Shown here: piece after piece, positions 25,173 to 37,959 of the stretch
Position numbering within the stretch: position 1 is the stretch's first letter
How the letters are laid out: each line of letters starts with the position of its first letter
From: Camelus ferus
Taxonomy: Eukaryota
Assembly: GCF_009834535.1 (NCBI RefSeq)
Contig: NC_045697.1
Location: 54,004,001 to 54,068,000 of the forward strand
Direction: 5' to 3'
Length of the DNA stretch: 64,000 bases
Translations under genes and position numbers: made by a program
The notes under the pieces: model-generated
What the model was told of the DNA's origin: nothing
Databases searched by the model: none
The model's input: the letters and a program-made list of their open reading frames with translations, nothing else

Positions 25173-25213
25173 AATAAATAATAATAATAAATAATAATAA
25201 TAATAATAATAAA
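25173..25213 (+). terminator. Candidate polyadenylation signals of the TMPRSS11E-like gene inside an (AAT)n tract
   Basis: AATAAA at 25173, 25186 and 25208, about 700 nt after the stop codon. Confidence 0.55.
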
Positions 25214-27569
25214 TCATCCTTTTGCTTGACATTATGATAATTGATGAAGAAGGGAAAGATGGGGAAATGTCAATAATCAATTTATTGCAAATTCTTTTAA
25301 AATTTGAAAATTCACTAGAATGAAAATTCACTTAAGATCAACCAGCATACCTTATATGGTGAGATTTTTGTACAGTTGAATAGGAGGGAATGAAGATAGA
25401 TTCAGTACAAACTAATGGATGAAATAGGATTATGACCAATTGCTTGTGTATTTATATTTAAAGCTTTCCCAAACTGCAAAGCCTTGAAGGGGAATAAGGA
25501 CCCAGTGTTAGTGTGTAATTGCAGCTGTGCAAATAAAGCTGGAGGTGGGACCTCTATTTTGAGATGATTGCAGGTTCCTCCCCCTACCGCATTTGCACTC
25601 CACACTTGGACCATGGGCCTCTTAGACTCCTCTGGGCTTAGATGGAAAGATATCAGAGGGAATTCATCCTGGAAACTCCCTGTTACATCTAGCATGGCAC
25701 CAAGTTGCTCACTGCCTGGACAGAAAACTGAAGAGAAAGCCTAATATCAACCACCTTCATAATTTTGGCTTTGGTAAACCACTACTGGGCTGTTAGAGAC
25801 ACAACATTCAAGTGACCTGGGCCATTATGAAGTAAGCACTGGTGCCATGGCACACGTACATGTTAATGGTGAGATTTCACTCAATCTTTCCATTACCCTT
25901 TCCTCATCGTATACAGCTACTCATACAAATTCTGTATTGTACCATAACCACTTTGAAAGTAACATTAGTAGGAAAAATCTGACATTTATTAGCCCAAATA
26001 ACACTGGCATATGAACTGATCAAATTTTAGGCACTTGGCTAAAATAAGATATGAAATCTGACAAGAATCGACAGTGTTAAACATTTTGCATAAGCTGTTT
26101 TTATTCTATTTAATGAAATACTTTTTAAAAATTGAGGAAAATGATGAATTTTAAACAAAGACAAGTACATTTCAAACCACATTACTCTCAGTGTTCTGTT
26201 AAAAACTGATTTCCCTTGGAGTATGTTTTGCAGTTGGGACTCTAGATGGCACCCACAGCTATAGGTAGATACAGGGAAGAACGACGTCAGGACCATCAAG
26301 TAATAATGAAAACTGCAGTAGACATTCTATGTTAGGGTCTTGTAAAACAGAAAGAACACAGTTCATCTTTGTGAAGGCGTTTAAAAATGAATCCAGGTAA
26401 ACTGACATTATGAATAGTATTTTTCAGGTATCTGGAGGTGAGTTTCCAAACTAAAATAAAATTTAAGCCATGTGATGTAAGTAATTTCTTCTGCAAATAC
26501 ATTTGAAGAGATTTAAATTAAGGACAAATTTTAGATGTTTAATTTCAAAATGGCATCATATTTCTCAGGGAGATATATATATATATATTTTTTTTTTAAT
26601 GAAAGATTTGAGAAGTAGAGTTAAAGCCATAGTGAATATGTGAGCAACAGCTGAAACTTTGTGTGCACAGAGAAATAGATAATACAGTATTGGATTTTTT
26701 AAACGACAGCTTCTTTTGAGAGATAACATATAAAAGTTTCAGCATTCTTGGACTTGTCTGTTTTAACCACTTCATTGGAAAAGTTTAAGAAGTCATGGCT
26801 GAAATAATACTTATTTATTGTGGAAGAAAGCAGGCAGTTCCTCAGCTACGTCTTTTATCTCTCTTCCTACAGCACCTAGTGAAGTGCTTTGTGCATAATA
26901 GTCTTTCAATAAATGTTGTTGAACTACCTTTTTACTTTTGTATTATGTAGAAAATACAGCTTTATTATTTTTACACATTGATTTTTAAGAAATAATCCCA
27001 GATTTTACACTAAATATGTGATTTAAGCCAGTTACATAAACACTCTAAGCCTCAGTATACTCATTCATAAAGTAAGGATAATAATATTTACCTCAAATGA
27101 CTGTAGTGTGAATTAGAATGAGATAATATTTGAAAGTGCTTCTCTAGCAAAGTTCTTGGAACAGAGTAGGTGTTCAAGAAATGGTGCTATTATAACTGTT
27201 ACTGTAATAAAACTACAGTCTTGTTTTATATGATTGCTACTTGACTATCTTGACTATAATAGGTTAAATAATTATTTTTGAAACATAATTAGAGCAACAG
27301 AATGGGCTTGTTTCTTCTTTAATTCTGATTCTGCAAAAGAAGTTTTATCGGGGTCATTCTAAAACATTCTGTCAAGTTGCTCTCCGACTGTTATTCTAAT
27401 TTTTCATTTCAACTTTCAAAAATGATAAACCTTATTAACCATGGAGTGACTGGATCATATCAAGAGCTACAGTCTAGTTCAAATGATGCCTCCTCCGTGA
27501 AGCTTTCCTTGACTCCCTCAAGTGGCCATAACATCCTCTTTTCTGAAATTCCTTACCCACTTAAAAACA

Positions 27570-28340
27570 ACTTTTTTATTTTCAGATAATCATAGACTCA
27601 TGTAGAGTTGTAAAATATAATACAGAGAGATCCTGTGTATCCTTTATCCTGTTTCTGGAAATGGTAACATCTTGTTTAGCTATAGTACAATATCACAACC
27701 AGGAAGTTGACAATGAGGCAATCAATCAACCTTTTGAGATTTTATCAGTTTTTAAAACATGTAATTATGCATGTGGATGTGTGTGCATGTTCCATGTGTC
27801 TCACATATGGATTTGTGTGCCACCACCACAGTCAAGATGCAGAATAGTTTGATCATAAGGATTCCTCATATGATCCAGACACCTGGCTCCCTCCTTAGCA
27901 GCATCCCCAGTCTCTAACCCCTGGCAACCATTAATCTATTCTCCATCTATATAATTTTGTCATTCCAAGAATGGTATATGAATGGAATCATAAAGTATGT
28001 AAACTTTTGAGGTTGGCTTTTTCACTCAGCATGATTCCCTTGCTATCGATGCAGGTTGTGTGTGTCAACAGTTTATTCCCTTTTACTGCTGTGTATTATT
28101 CCACAGCCACAGTATGGTTGTACCACAGTTGGTTTACCATTTATCCACTGAAGGGCATTTGACTTGGTTATAATTTTTGGCTACTGTTAATAAAGGTACT
28201 ATAACATTTGTGTTTAGGTTTCTGTATGAACATAAGTATTCATTTCTTTGGGATTAATGGCTTAGAGTGCATTCATGGTCATATAGTAAGCTTATGTTTG
28301 ATTTCTGAAGAAACTGTCATATTCTTTTCAGATGATTTCT
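27570..28340 (-). mobile_element. Old L1MB/MC 3' end
   Basis: ctaacccctggcaaccattaatctattctccat...tttttcactcagcat...tatccactgaagggcattt motifs. Confidence 0.7.
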
Positions 28341-29557
28341 TACCATTTTTAAATCTCTCTGTACCTCTACTCTCTCCCCATATTTTAAGACATGTGTGAA
28401 TAGATCTGATTTCAACACTACACTGTAAACTCTGTGGGGGTAGGGACCATGACTAACTCATTTTTATAAACTTCACAGTTCATAAGAAAGTATATTTATG
28501 GCACATGCTCAATAAAGATTTATTAAATTAAGAGGGAAGATAGTAATAAAAACAAGCAAACATGGCACTGTATGTAAAATGAAAAAGAAGACGTTAGTTT
28601 GGGTAGAAAAGAATGAACAATATTGCATAATGTTTTCATGAATGTATTATGTCTTAATTTCTATAATTCTGGACTTTATCTCCAAGTATCTCATGCAGGT
28701 TGATTTAAAATCTTGTTTTCCACTTTCCCACATGATATCCTATCAAACATAGTCTAAAGGTATGATTTAGATGATCATTCTATTCTTGTGCCTAAATAAA
28801 TTTCCTGATACATAATACTTAATGGTATCTGTATCAGCTTCTATACTGTAGTTGTGAAATGGATTTCAGTATAGAGATATACTCAATAAATACCTGTTGC
28901 TCTTAATTTGTGTAACCATGACACTATAATTTGCTTGTCCTAATATAATTTTTATCATATTGGAGAGTGAAATACAGAGAGAGGCCTGTTAAACACAGTC
29001 GGAATATCTCCCTTAGTTGACAATGACCCATTAATCAGTACCTCTTGGGCATAGCTGTATCCAGCTTAAATAAATACCACAGTCAATCACTATGATCACT
29101 GCCTTGCACATATGCTTGACTCTTGGGCTTCTCTCTTGCTTCACTACTATGTGACATTTGCTTTTTACAACAACCCTAATAAAGTCCAAATCTCCATCTG
29201 CTCTTCCTATACCATGCAGTCATACACAACCATGTTGACTGGTCCAATGTCAAATTCATGATCACAAACCTCCAATACACTTTTAATGTTTCCCCACATC
29301 ATACTATGTGTCTCTGTTCACTCTGCCCTTCTCCAGCTGTCTATTTCATATCTTCTCCTCTCCTCAATTCCCCTAGCACCTCTTTATCCATCCCCATTCT
29401 CCACTGATGATATTGCTTCCTCCCTCCTTCACTGAAGATTGAAGCATTCTGTGGAAACCCTCCACCTCTTCTACTTACTTAGCAGCAGCTTCATCCGCAC
29501 ACTCAGCCGGCCTACCTGTTGTCCCAGGTGCTCTGATTGAAAGCCGATCCTCCAACT

Positions 29558-30126
29558 TGTCCGGGAGGAAGAATTTTTCCTCTACCCTTCTAGGTTCTTC
29601 TGGCTGGCCTAAGAATTAAATTGACATGAGGCAGATTAACAGGAGAAAATCAAATAAAGTTTAATAACATGTAAGCATGGGAGATACCCAGGAAAACTGA
29701 GAAACTGGCCAAGATGGTAGAAGCCGTCATCTTAAATATCATCTTCAGCTAAAGACAAAAGAGGATGTTGAGGGTAGTGGTCTGGGACTTCAAAGGAGAG
29801 GAAGGCAATTCACGAGGAAGTGGAAAAGCAAATGTTTGGTAAATAAATGTTTACTTAGGTCACAAGGGACAAATCAGACACAGAGTGGACTCTGATCTCC
29901 AGGCCCTGCTGAGTTTTCCTCACAACACCTAGTTCATATTCTTTGCAGGTATCTCTGGTGATAACCCTTTCAGCAACAGCCCCTTTATTTAAATTCCTTA
30001 GGCAGGAAGAGAAGGAGATAAACAGAAAAGACTTCCTGAATCTTCTGTTTCTTAAAAAAAATCAGTCACAATTAATCCTTATGCCAAAGAGACATATTTT
30101 GGGGTGGCAAATTTTGCTCCCCTACA
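29558..30126 (-). mobile_element. Solo LTR (ERV1-like)
   Basis: TG...CA ends (tgtccggg...cccctaca); flanks aact/cact, 3 of 4 matching; orientation tentative. Confidence 0.6.
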
Positions 30127-30299
30127 CACTAGATCTCTTCCTCTCACTTAAAGAATTTGCTCCAGCAACTCTCCCCTCCCTCCCTTTTCTTTTTGTTATT
30201 TCCTCCATCTTAAAGCAAACAAACAAGCAAACATCAAAAATTATCTTGATCCTATGTTCCCCACCAGTGACTGTTCCAAGACTTTAAGGGAAAGTGTCC

Positions 30300-32410
30300 T
30301 GAAAAAAATAAGTCTATATTCACCATCTCCCATACCTCTCGTTCCAATATCCATTAAACACATTATCAAATGCCTCATAATTTCACTAACACTACTCTTT
30401 GCAAGAACATTTGTAATCTCTATGTTGGTAAATCTAATGGTGGATTCTCATCTTCTACGTCTTATCAAGAGCATTTGACACAGTTGATTCCCCCCCCCAC
30501 CCCTCCTTCATAAACCTTCTTTGTATTCCAGGGTACCACGAATTCCTGATCTCCTACTACTCTCAGCCTCCACTCACAGGCTAGTCTCATTTTCTGGTAG
30601 CTACCCTTGTCCTTGACCCCTTAGTGCTGGGTTACTTCAGAGTTAACACCTTGTTACGCTTCCTTGGTCAAGATCCCATTCAGTCTCATGGTCTTTAATG
30701 CCATCTACATGATGACTTCTCCAGATTTTTATCTTTACCCCAGACCTCTCTCCCCAAAACCAAACTCATATGTCCAATTGCCTATTGGTTATCTCCACTC
30801 AGATGTCTAATACCAGTTTAAACACAGCATGTCCTTTCTTCAAACATCTCATACCCACTGTCTTCCCCATCTCCATCAATGTCATTCTTCCAGTTTTTCC
30901 GGTCTCCAAACTTTGACATCCTCTTGATTCCTCTCTTTCTCTCCCATCCCACATCTAAAGCTTTTCTAATATATTAATATTCTCTAGAATTTTGCCTAAA
31001 CTGAAGCTCACTTGTCTATTGTTTGTAAATTAATTTTCTGCTCTTTTGAAAAGAATGTCATTTGCCACTTCTCCCATTGTCTGAAAATCCATAATTCCAG
31101 AGATATTAGCTTCAGTAGTTCAGCAATCATTTTCAATTATTCTCATTACCATGAAATAGAGTTCATTCTGGGAAAAGAAACATGAAAGCATTTATCACAG
31201 CATAATAGCTTCCTAAAGTCTTTTCATTCCTTGTGAGCTTCTGCCGTCTGCAATTCAACCTCCTGTTCATGGTTGTCAAGCCACCTCACTTGGTCTGCTG
31301 CTTGTCTCCTTCAACTAGAACAGTCAACCTGTCAGTGCATCTAGTGACAAGAGTTGGTCTCCAGTTTCCTCAGCCTCCGAAATTTACATTTCCAGCTGAA
31401 AGCTCTTCAAAGAACTCTAGTTTCATATAAACAATGACCCATTTAACAGCTCCCTTTTCATCTAAAAGACATCTAAAAGCCCTTTTCAATGGCGCATGCC
31501 TAAAAGGGAAGTCTTGCTTTCTGACTTCCACTCCCTATTTTTCTCTGCGAGTTACCTTCTTACTTAGCGGCACCACCACAAACCTATTACTCAGGCCCCA
31601 AACCACCTGCCACAACCAATCCATCAACAGATCCCGCCAGCTGGACCATCAAACTATACCCAATGTCAACACTGTTACTATCTCTGCAGTCCAAATAGCC
31701 ATTTTTCTCACCTGGGCAACACAACAACCTCTTAACTCCCTGCCTCCTCCCACTCAGCCTTGACAGATAGTTTCTTGCTTCACAAGGAACTAGTTTCTTG
31801 CAGCCGCTGGTAGTCTTTTGAAATACAACTTTGATCACATCCTTTTCTGTTTTAAAACCTTACAATGGCTTTCCACCAAACTCAAATAAAATTCAGAGTT
31901 CTCATCACATCCTATAAGGTTCAATGAAAACTATTTTTCCTTAGGCCATTACCTCTGTAACTTCTTATATTTCTGCTCTTTCTCTAACTCTCCAACTTCT
32001 TTGGGTACTTTGCTGTCCCTCAAGCATCTCATTAATTCTCGTGCCTCCGCATTTTTGCTTTTACTGCTTTTTCCACCTAGAAAGGTATTTCCCTAGATAG
32101 TCATGTGATTTGTCCCCCTCATCATTTCATTCAAGTCTCTGCTCAAATATCAGTCTCTCAGAGAGGCCTAGTTTGATGATCTTATCTCTCACAGTAGCCT
32201 CTGTTACTCATTTTTTTACCCTACTTTACATTCTTTATAGCAATTATTCCTGCCTGACCCTATACTACACACATACACACACACAAATATTTATTGCCTA
32301 TATTCTACACTAAAATATAAATTCTGTGAGGTAAGAAATTCTCCTCTCTTGTTTGTTGTATTTCAGTGTGTGACACATGGCAATTATTCAATTATTATTT
32401 ATTAAATGAA
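30300..32410 (+). mobile_element. Fragmented L2 LINE
   Basis: agcatttgacacagttgat, cagacctctc...aaactcatatgtccaattgccta, and terminal attaaatgaataaa; interrupted; boundaries approximate. Confidence 0.6.
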
Positions 32411-32834
32411 TAAAACAGTGCCTTCAAACCCTGAGATACTCTGAGAAGGAATCTAGAAGAAGTGGGGCTCAGAATGCTCAGCTAGGATGAATGGCATTGT
32501 TTCTCTTTGTCTTAAAATTACACTGTTTATCATTATTCAAGTACTATTCTAATTGATTAGTTTTCTTAATATTCCTGAGACCAGAAAACTTGGTTAAACA
32601 GTAACTCTGTTAGTAGACATTACACAAATATGTTTTGGCTTTGGGCCATTTGTTTTAAGTGTGTGAACCCACAGTCACATGTGTTCCTCACCTGCCCCAG
32701 GTATGAGAATGGCTTTGTTGTCAGGTGGAGTTGTAGCATTAGTCTCCCCACTGAGACTGGAGAGAAACACGTCCTCTTCTTTTACATCAGGCCACCAAGA
32801 GTCCTTCTTGTCTTTCATGGCAGAGCATTACATT

Positions 32835-33829
32835 TGTTTTCTATTGCTTGAGAAACAAGTCACCCCAAAACTTAGCAACGTACAACGACAAACATCTAAT
32901 ATCTAGCCGTTTCTGTGGGTCACAAGCCTGGGTGCAGCTTTGTTGGGTGTCTCTGGCTCAGGACCTTTCATAAAGCTTTAATCAGGGCATCGCCAGGGCT
33001 GTAGTCAATTCAAGGCTTGACTGGAGGATCTGCTCACTTACATGGCCATTGCGTCCTTGCTGGCTGTTAGCCAGAGTCACCATTAGCCTTTACTCAGGCA
33101 AATAACAATATGGCAACTGGTTTCCTCAGAGGGAGCAGGAAACAGAATGAGAGAAAGCTTCTGTATTAGTTTCCTAGGGCAGCCATAAAAAAGTACCTTC
33201 AACTTGCCAGCTTCAAACAACAGGAATTTTCTGTCTCATAGTTCTGGAGGCTGGAAGTCTGAAATCAAAGTTCCTTCAGGGCTACACTGCCTTCGAAGGC
33301 TCTAGGGAGGAGTTTTTCTTTGCCTCTCCCTACCTTCTGGGGGTTGCCGGCCATCCTTGGTATTCCCTTTTTTTTTGTTTTTGTAGTTTTCTCATATTCC
33401 ATTCTCTGCCTCTGTCAGCACAGAGGTTCTCCCCATGTGTTTGCGTTTTGCTTCTTGTGTTTCTTTCTTCTTATCAGGATACCAGGTATTGGATTAGGGC
33501 CCACCTACTCCAGTATAACCTCATCTTAACTAAGTACATCCACAAAGATTCTTTTTCCAGATAAGGTCACATTCTAAGTTCCAGTCGGACGTGAATGTTT
33601 GTGGGACACTATCCAGCCCAGGACAGTGCCCAAGACAGAAGCTACAGTCTTTTTGTATCCTTGGAAGTGACCTAAACTAATCTTAGAAACAACATCCCAT
33701 CATCTCAACTTCATTCAGCTTTGTAAAAGTGAATCATTAAGTCTAGTCCACACTTGGGAGAGGAGATTACACAAGGGTATGCATTTCAGGAGGCTGACAC
33801 TACTCGGGGCATTTTAGAGGCTGCCTACA
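32835..33829 (-). mobile_element. MaLR (MLT1-like) LTR interrupted by a second MLT1-like LTR at about 33162-33625
   Basis: Outer: caccccaaaacttag...gaggctgcctaca. Inner: tgtattagtttcctaggg...gttctggaggctggaagtctgaaatcaa...gggacactatccagcccaggaca. Confidence 0.7.
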
Positions 33830-34905
33830 ATGAACATGGAGTGGGAAGAGGTCCTCTGAAGTCAAGACTCCACCCTGCTTTTGTGATTCCAGTTGACTCC
33901 ATGATCTTAACTTTGGTTCCCCTGAAAACAGAGCCTGAAACAACTTCCATGCAGATAGTTTCCTAAAAGCAACCCCAGGAATGGGGGATTGGAATTAAAA
34001 ACAGAGAAGGAAAAGCCTAGGCTGGATATGTTACTGAGTTGGCACCTTTGGGGGAAGGTGTTCCATCCCTCAGGGTTTTCTGAAGAGCCCTATAGACCAC
34101 TTCTCAGAATTATCCACTTGAGAAATTAAAGGAGGAATATTTTCTCCCATTGATTGAGAGCTGCCCTATGGTGACTTACCTGTTTGCACTTCCAGACTCT
34201 GCAAATGTAAGCGCTCATCTGAATTCCACAGGCATCCCACGCTGAAGTTTTTAGAAAAGTCCTGGAACACTTGAGGTGAGGTGATGTCAGACTGAAGGAG
34301 GTTGAGGTGTGTGTGGAACTCTTCACCATAGTTGTATCTGGAATTGAAGTGAGACCAAGAACATATAAAGCAGTGCCTGAGAGATTTATGATGCCACAAA
34401 AGATGCTAGGGAAAAAAAAGTTCCATAATGAAAGTTTGCCTTCTCTAAACCAGAGACAGTTCACCTACATTACTGTCCCACAACACCTCATTTTAGTCCC
34501 CAAGACTAAAAATTATTCCTCTCTTCCTGTACAAGAGCCAACCATTTCCTACCCTAGAATTACTGTTGATTAGATTAAGCATTGTCTTGCCCCAGATCCT
34601 TCCAATACATATTCACAAACACAAATATAACAGTCTTGTTATAAAGGCACTGGTCTTACAAGTCTGGGCTATTCATTTTATATCATGGTCATTTTTTATA
34701 CATGTAGACCTAAAAAGATAGAAAGGAAAAAAGCCAAAATGTTATAAGTGATTATCATCTGCTGATGAATATTGTCTAACAGAAGTATTCATAACAAATA
34801 AAATGTAAGCTACATATGTAATTTGAATTTTCTAGTAGACATATTTTAAAAAATAAAAAAAGAAACGTGAAAATATTTTCATGATGTACTGTCTTTAACC
34901 TAATC

Positions 34906-35600
34906 TGTGATATTTTGATTTATAATAAGAAATATATATTTGGTCTTTGTCCACACTTCCTGGCTCACAACTCCCAAAACTCATGGAATTTTCTGACTGA
35001 GAAGAGCAATGGGAGCATCTTTTGTTACAATATTTGGTCTCCTGTCCTCACTTCATGAAATAGCTTCAGAGTCCAAAGTGAAATGGCTGTCCTGTTATTC
35101 AAAACAAGCCCTTTCTGCCACAGCTGGGTTTATGTTAATGAGGTAACTTCTGGAAAGCAAAAAGGATGGAGGTTTGTTGCCAGGGGATCCAACCATGAAT
35201 AGAGGTTGAAACTTTTAGACACACCACACCCCACCTACCTCCAGGGAGGGGAGAGGGACTGGAGGTTGAATTGATCTTAAATGGCTAATGATCTAATCAA
35301 TCTTTCCTAGGTAATGAAAGTCGCATAAAAGTCCAAAAGAACAGGGATCAGAGGGATTCAGGGATGATGAACACATGGAGATTTGGGGGAGAGTGGCACT
35401 CAGAGAAGAGCATGGAGGCTCCATGCCTTTTCTCCACACTTTTCTCTATGTATCTCTTCATTTCACTGTTGATTCAAATCCTTCAGTATCTTTGTAATAA
35501 ACTGGTAATCTAGTAAGTAGATTCCTGAGTTCTGTGATCCACTTTAGCAAATCAATCAAACCCCAGGAGCGGGTCACGGGACCCTCTGATTACACAAGCA
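34906..35600 (+). mobile_element. MER21-like LTR inserted in a MER3/MER33-like fragment
   Basis: tgtgatattttgatttataataagaaatatatatttggtc start; ctttgtaataaactggtaa poly(A) region; right end approximate. Confidence 0.65.
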
Positions 35601-37959
35601 ACAGTAGTTCAAGATACTGGCCTTACTTTTTAATCTCTGCAATAAAGTCTACGAGGGAATTATTCAAAGACTTTAGTAGCTTTAAACAAAAAAACTTTCA
35701 TTTTGAATTAATTTTAGACTTACAGGAGAGTTGTAAAAAAAATTCACCCCACCTCCTCTAATGCAAACATTTTGCATAACCATAGTACAATGATCAAGAA
35801 CAGGAAATTAACATTAGTACAACATTATTAATTAAGCTGTAGCTCTTATTTGAATTTTTAAAAATTCTGGCAGTTGGTCGTACAAGGGTGTACTAATAAT
35901 TTACCTCACTACTTTTAATATATGCCAAAACCTTTTGGTCTCATTCTTTGAGGACAAAAATCCTTTGAAGTCTTAAAGGAACTCTTAGATCTTAGAGCTT
36001 ATTTTTATTATACCTCATTCGAGTACTCTCAGAGCAATGTTCTTGTCTATAAAATTTATCAGAGGTACTTGTCAAAAGCACGTCTTGAGCCTCATTCTTA
36101 AACTCATATATAGTTGGTCTAGGGGAGCTTAAGAGTTTGCATTTTAAACAAGCATTTGCTGATTATTCACTCTGATAAATCTGGCCTTAAAGGCCAATTT
36201 GGCAGAAATCAATGTGGTATATTGGGGGTGGTTTGAAAGGCCTAGCTGTCATCAATTATCTTTCAGATTGATTTTTTTTTAAAGAAGCACTAATTTTTTT
36301 AAAGTTCTAATATCAATTTTCATATTTTAGTATTAAAACACATATACTACTTGGTAAAACACATATGTTACCTATTTTCTTTTCCTGTTATAAAGTGAAA
36401 TTTTATCAGGTAGCTACCTGGTGCAAGAGAATGGGAACAAGATACAAGGTGAATCCCAGCAACCACAGACTCTGTAAAATGTCTTCAAGGAAGGAAAATC
36501 CAGCCTCTAGAGGCAGAGAAGTAGATAGCTCACATTAAAAAAGGTACTAACTCCTAGTGAGCACAGCACCAAAATGTTTGTATCTTCCCATTTCCTTCCC
36601 AATTTTATACAAAGTACTCTGCAAATGCACAATTTCCAATTCTAACCTTCTTTGTACAAATTTTACATTTACCACTGTTCCTGCTGCACCATCCTGTGTA
36701 GTCACTTAGAAACTCTGCAGGGCCTATTACATGTTCAAATATAATATCTTAATAATAGGGTTATTAAATTAATAATATATTTTTTGTAAACATAGGGAAT
36801 TTAATAATTAAATTTTGTGGCATCCAAGAAATTCACAAAACATTTTCAAAGGAACAACTTTTAGCAGAAAACAAGTGTAGCAGTGGTGTTTTAGCAACAC
36901 TAGAATACTTATTTTGTTAGTGTTAGCACTTCTTGTGGTGTAAATGAACAAATACTGCTGATATCCATTTTTTTTCCTGCAAAAAAGCAGCCATACCATA
37001 GATTGGGTGGGTTATAAACAACAGAATATTTTTTTCTGGCAGTTCTGGGGGCTGGTAAGTCTAGTTTTAAGATAAATAAGTACTACAGATGTAATGTACA
37101 ACATGATAAATACAATTAACACTAAAAAGCAATTTATGTTTAAAAATAGATATGAGGACAGTACTAAATAAATTGTACTCTGTGCAACATTAAAAGATGG
37201 GCTTTTTTTCCCCATAGAGAAATATGTCGGTAGGACTCTAGATGGCGCTACTAATTTGAAAATCAGAGTTTCAGTCAGGAAAGAAAACCTGGTCCAGATG
37301 GACTAATTCTGAGAGGACAATTAGGATAACTATATTAAAAATAAACAAGTAAATAAAAGAAAAGAAAAAAAGAAAGAAAGAAAATAGAATAGAACTCAAC
37401 TGCTACTTGTGTCTGCACTTTAAAAAGACTCGTGCAAAGTAATATAAAATACTAGTATTTTCAGAAAGCTGAAAATATTTTGCAAACCATAAGAAAATAT
37501 GTAGTATCTCTGATTTCAGTCGTTCTTTCCCCAGTAACTTGGAAAGTATTTGCTACTAAGGATACATTTAAAATGTTTAATTGTATGAACAAAATCACAT
37601 TTATTACATAAATATTTACATGTTTAGTTAAATAAATACTGAGTACTCATTTTCTTTTTTTATGAAAACTCCATTTGAAAATATATTGAAATGTGAATCT
37701 CTTAGACATGGCAGTTATCTTGGAAAGTCATTTAGCGACTACAATAAAATACCTACATGTGTTACAGATACATTATTTCTCTTATTACATGTAACCTCTT
37801 TAAACAGCAGACACATTCTTTACTGTATCTTTTGTATCTACCATCACAGAACCCTGAAAGATGTTCTGCAGTATATTAAGTTTTGGGTACATATTGTTGA
37901 CAAGCTTTTTATTTTGCTTTTATATAGAAATATTTCCCTTTCTAATAGATGACATATTT

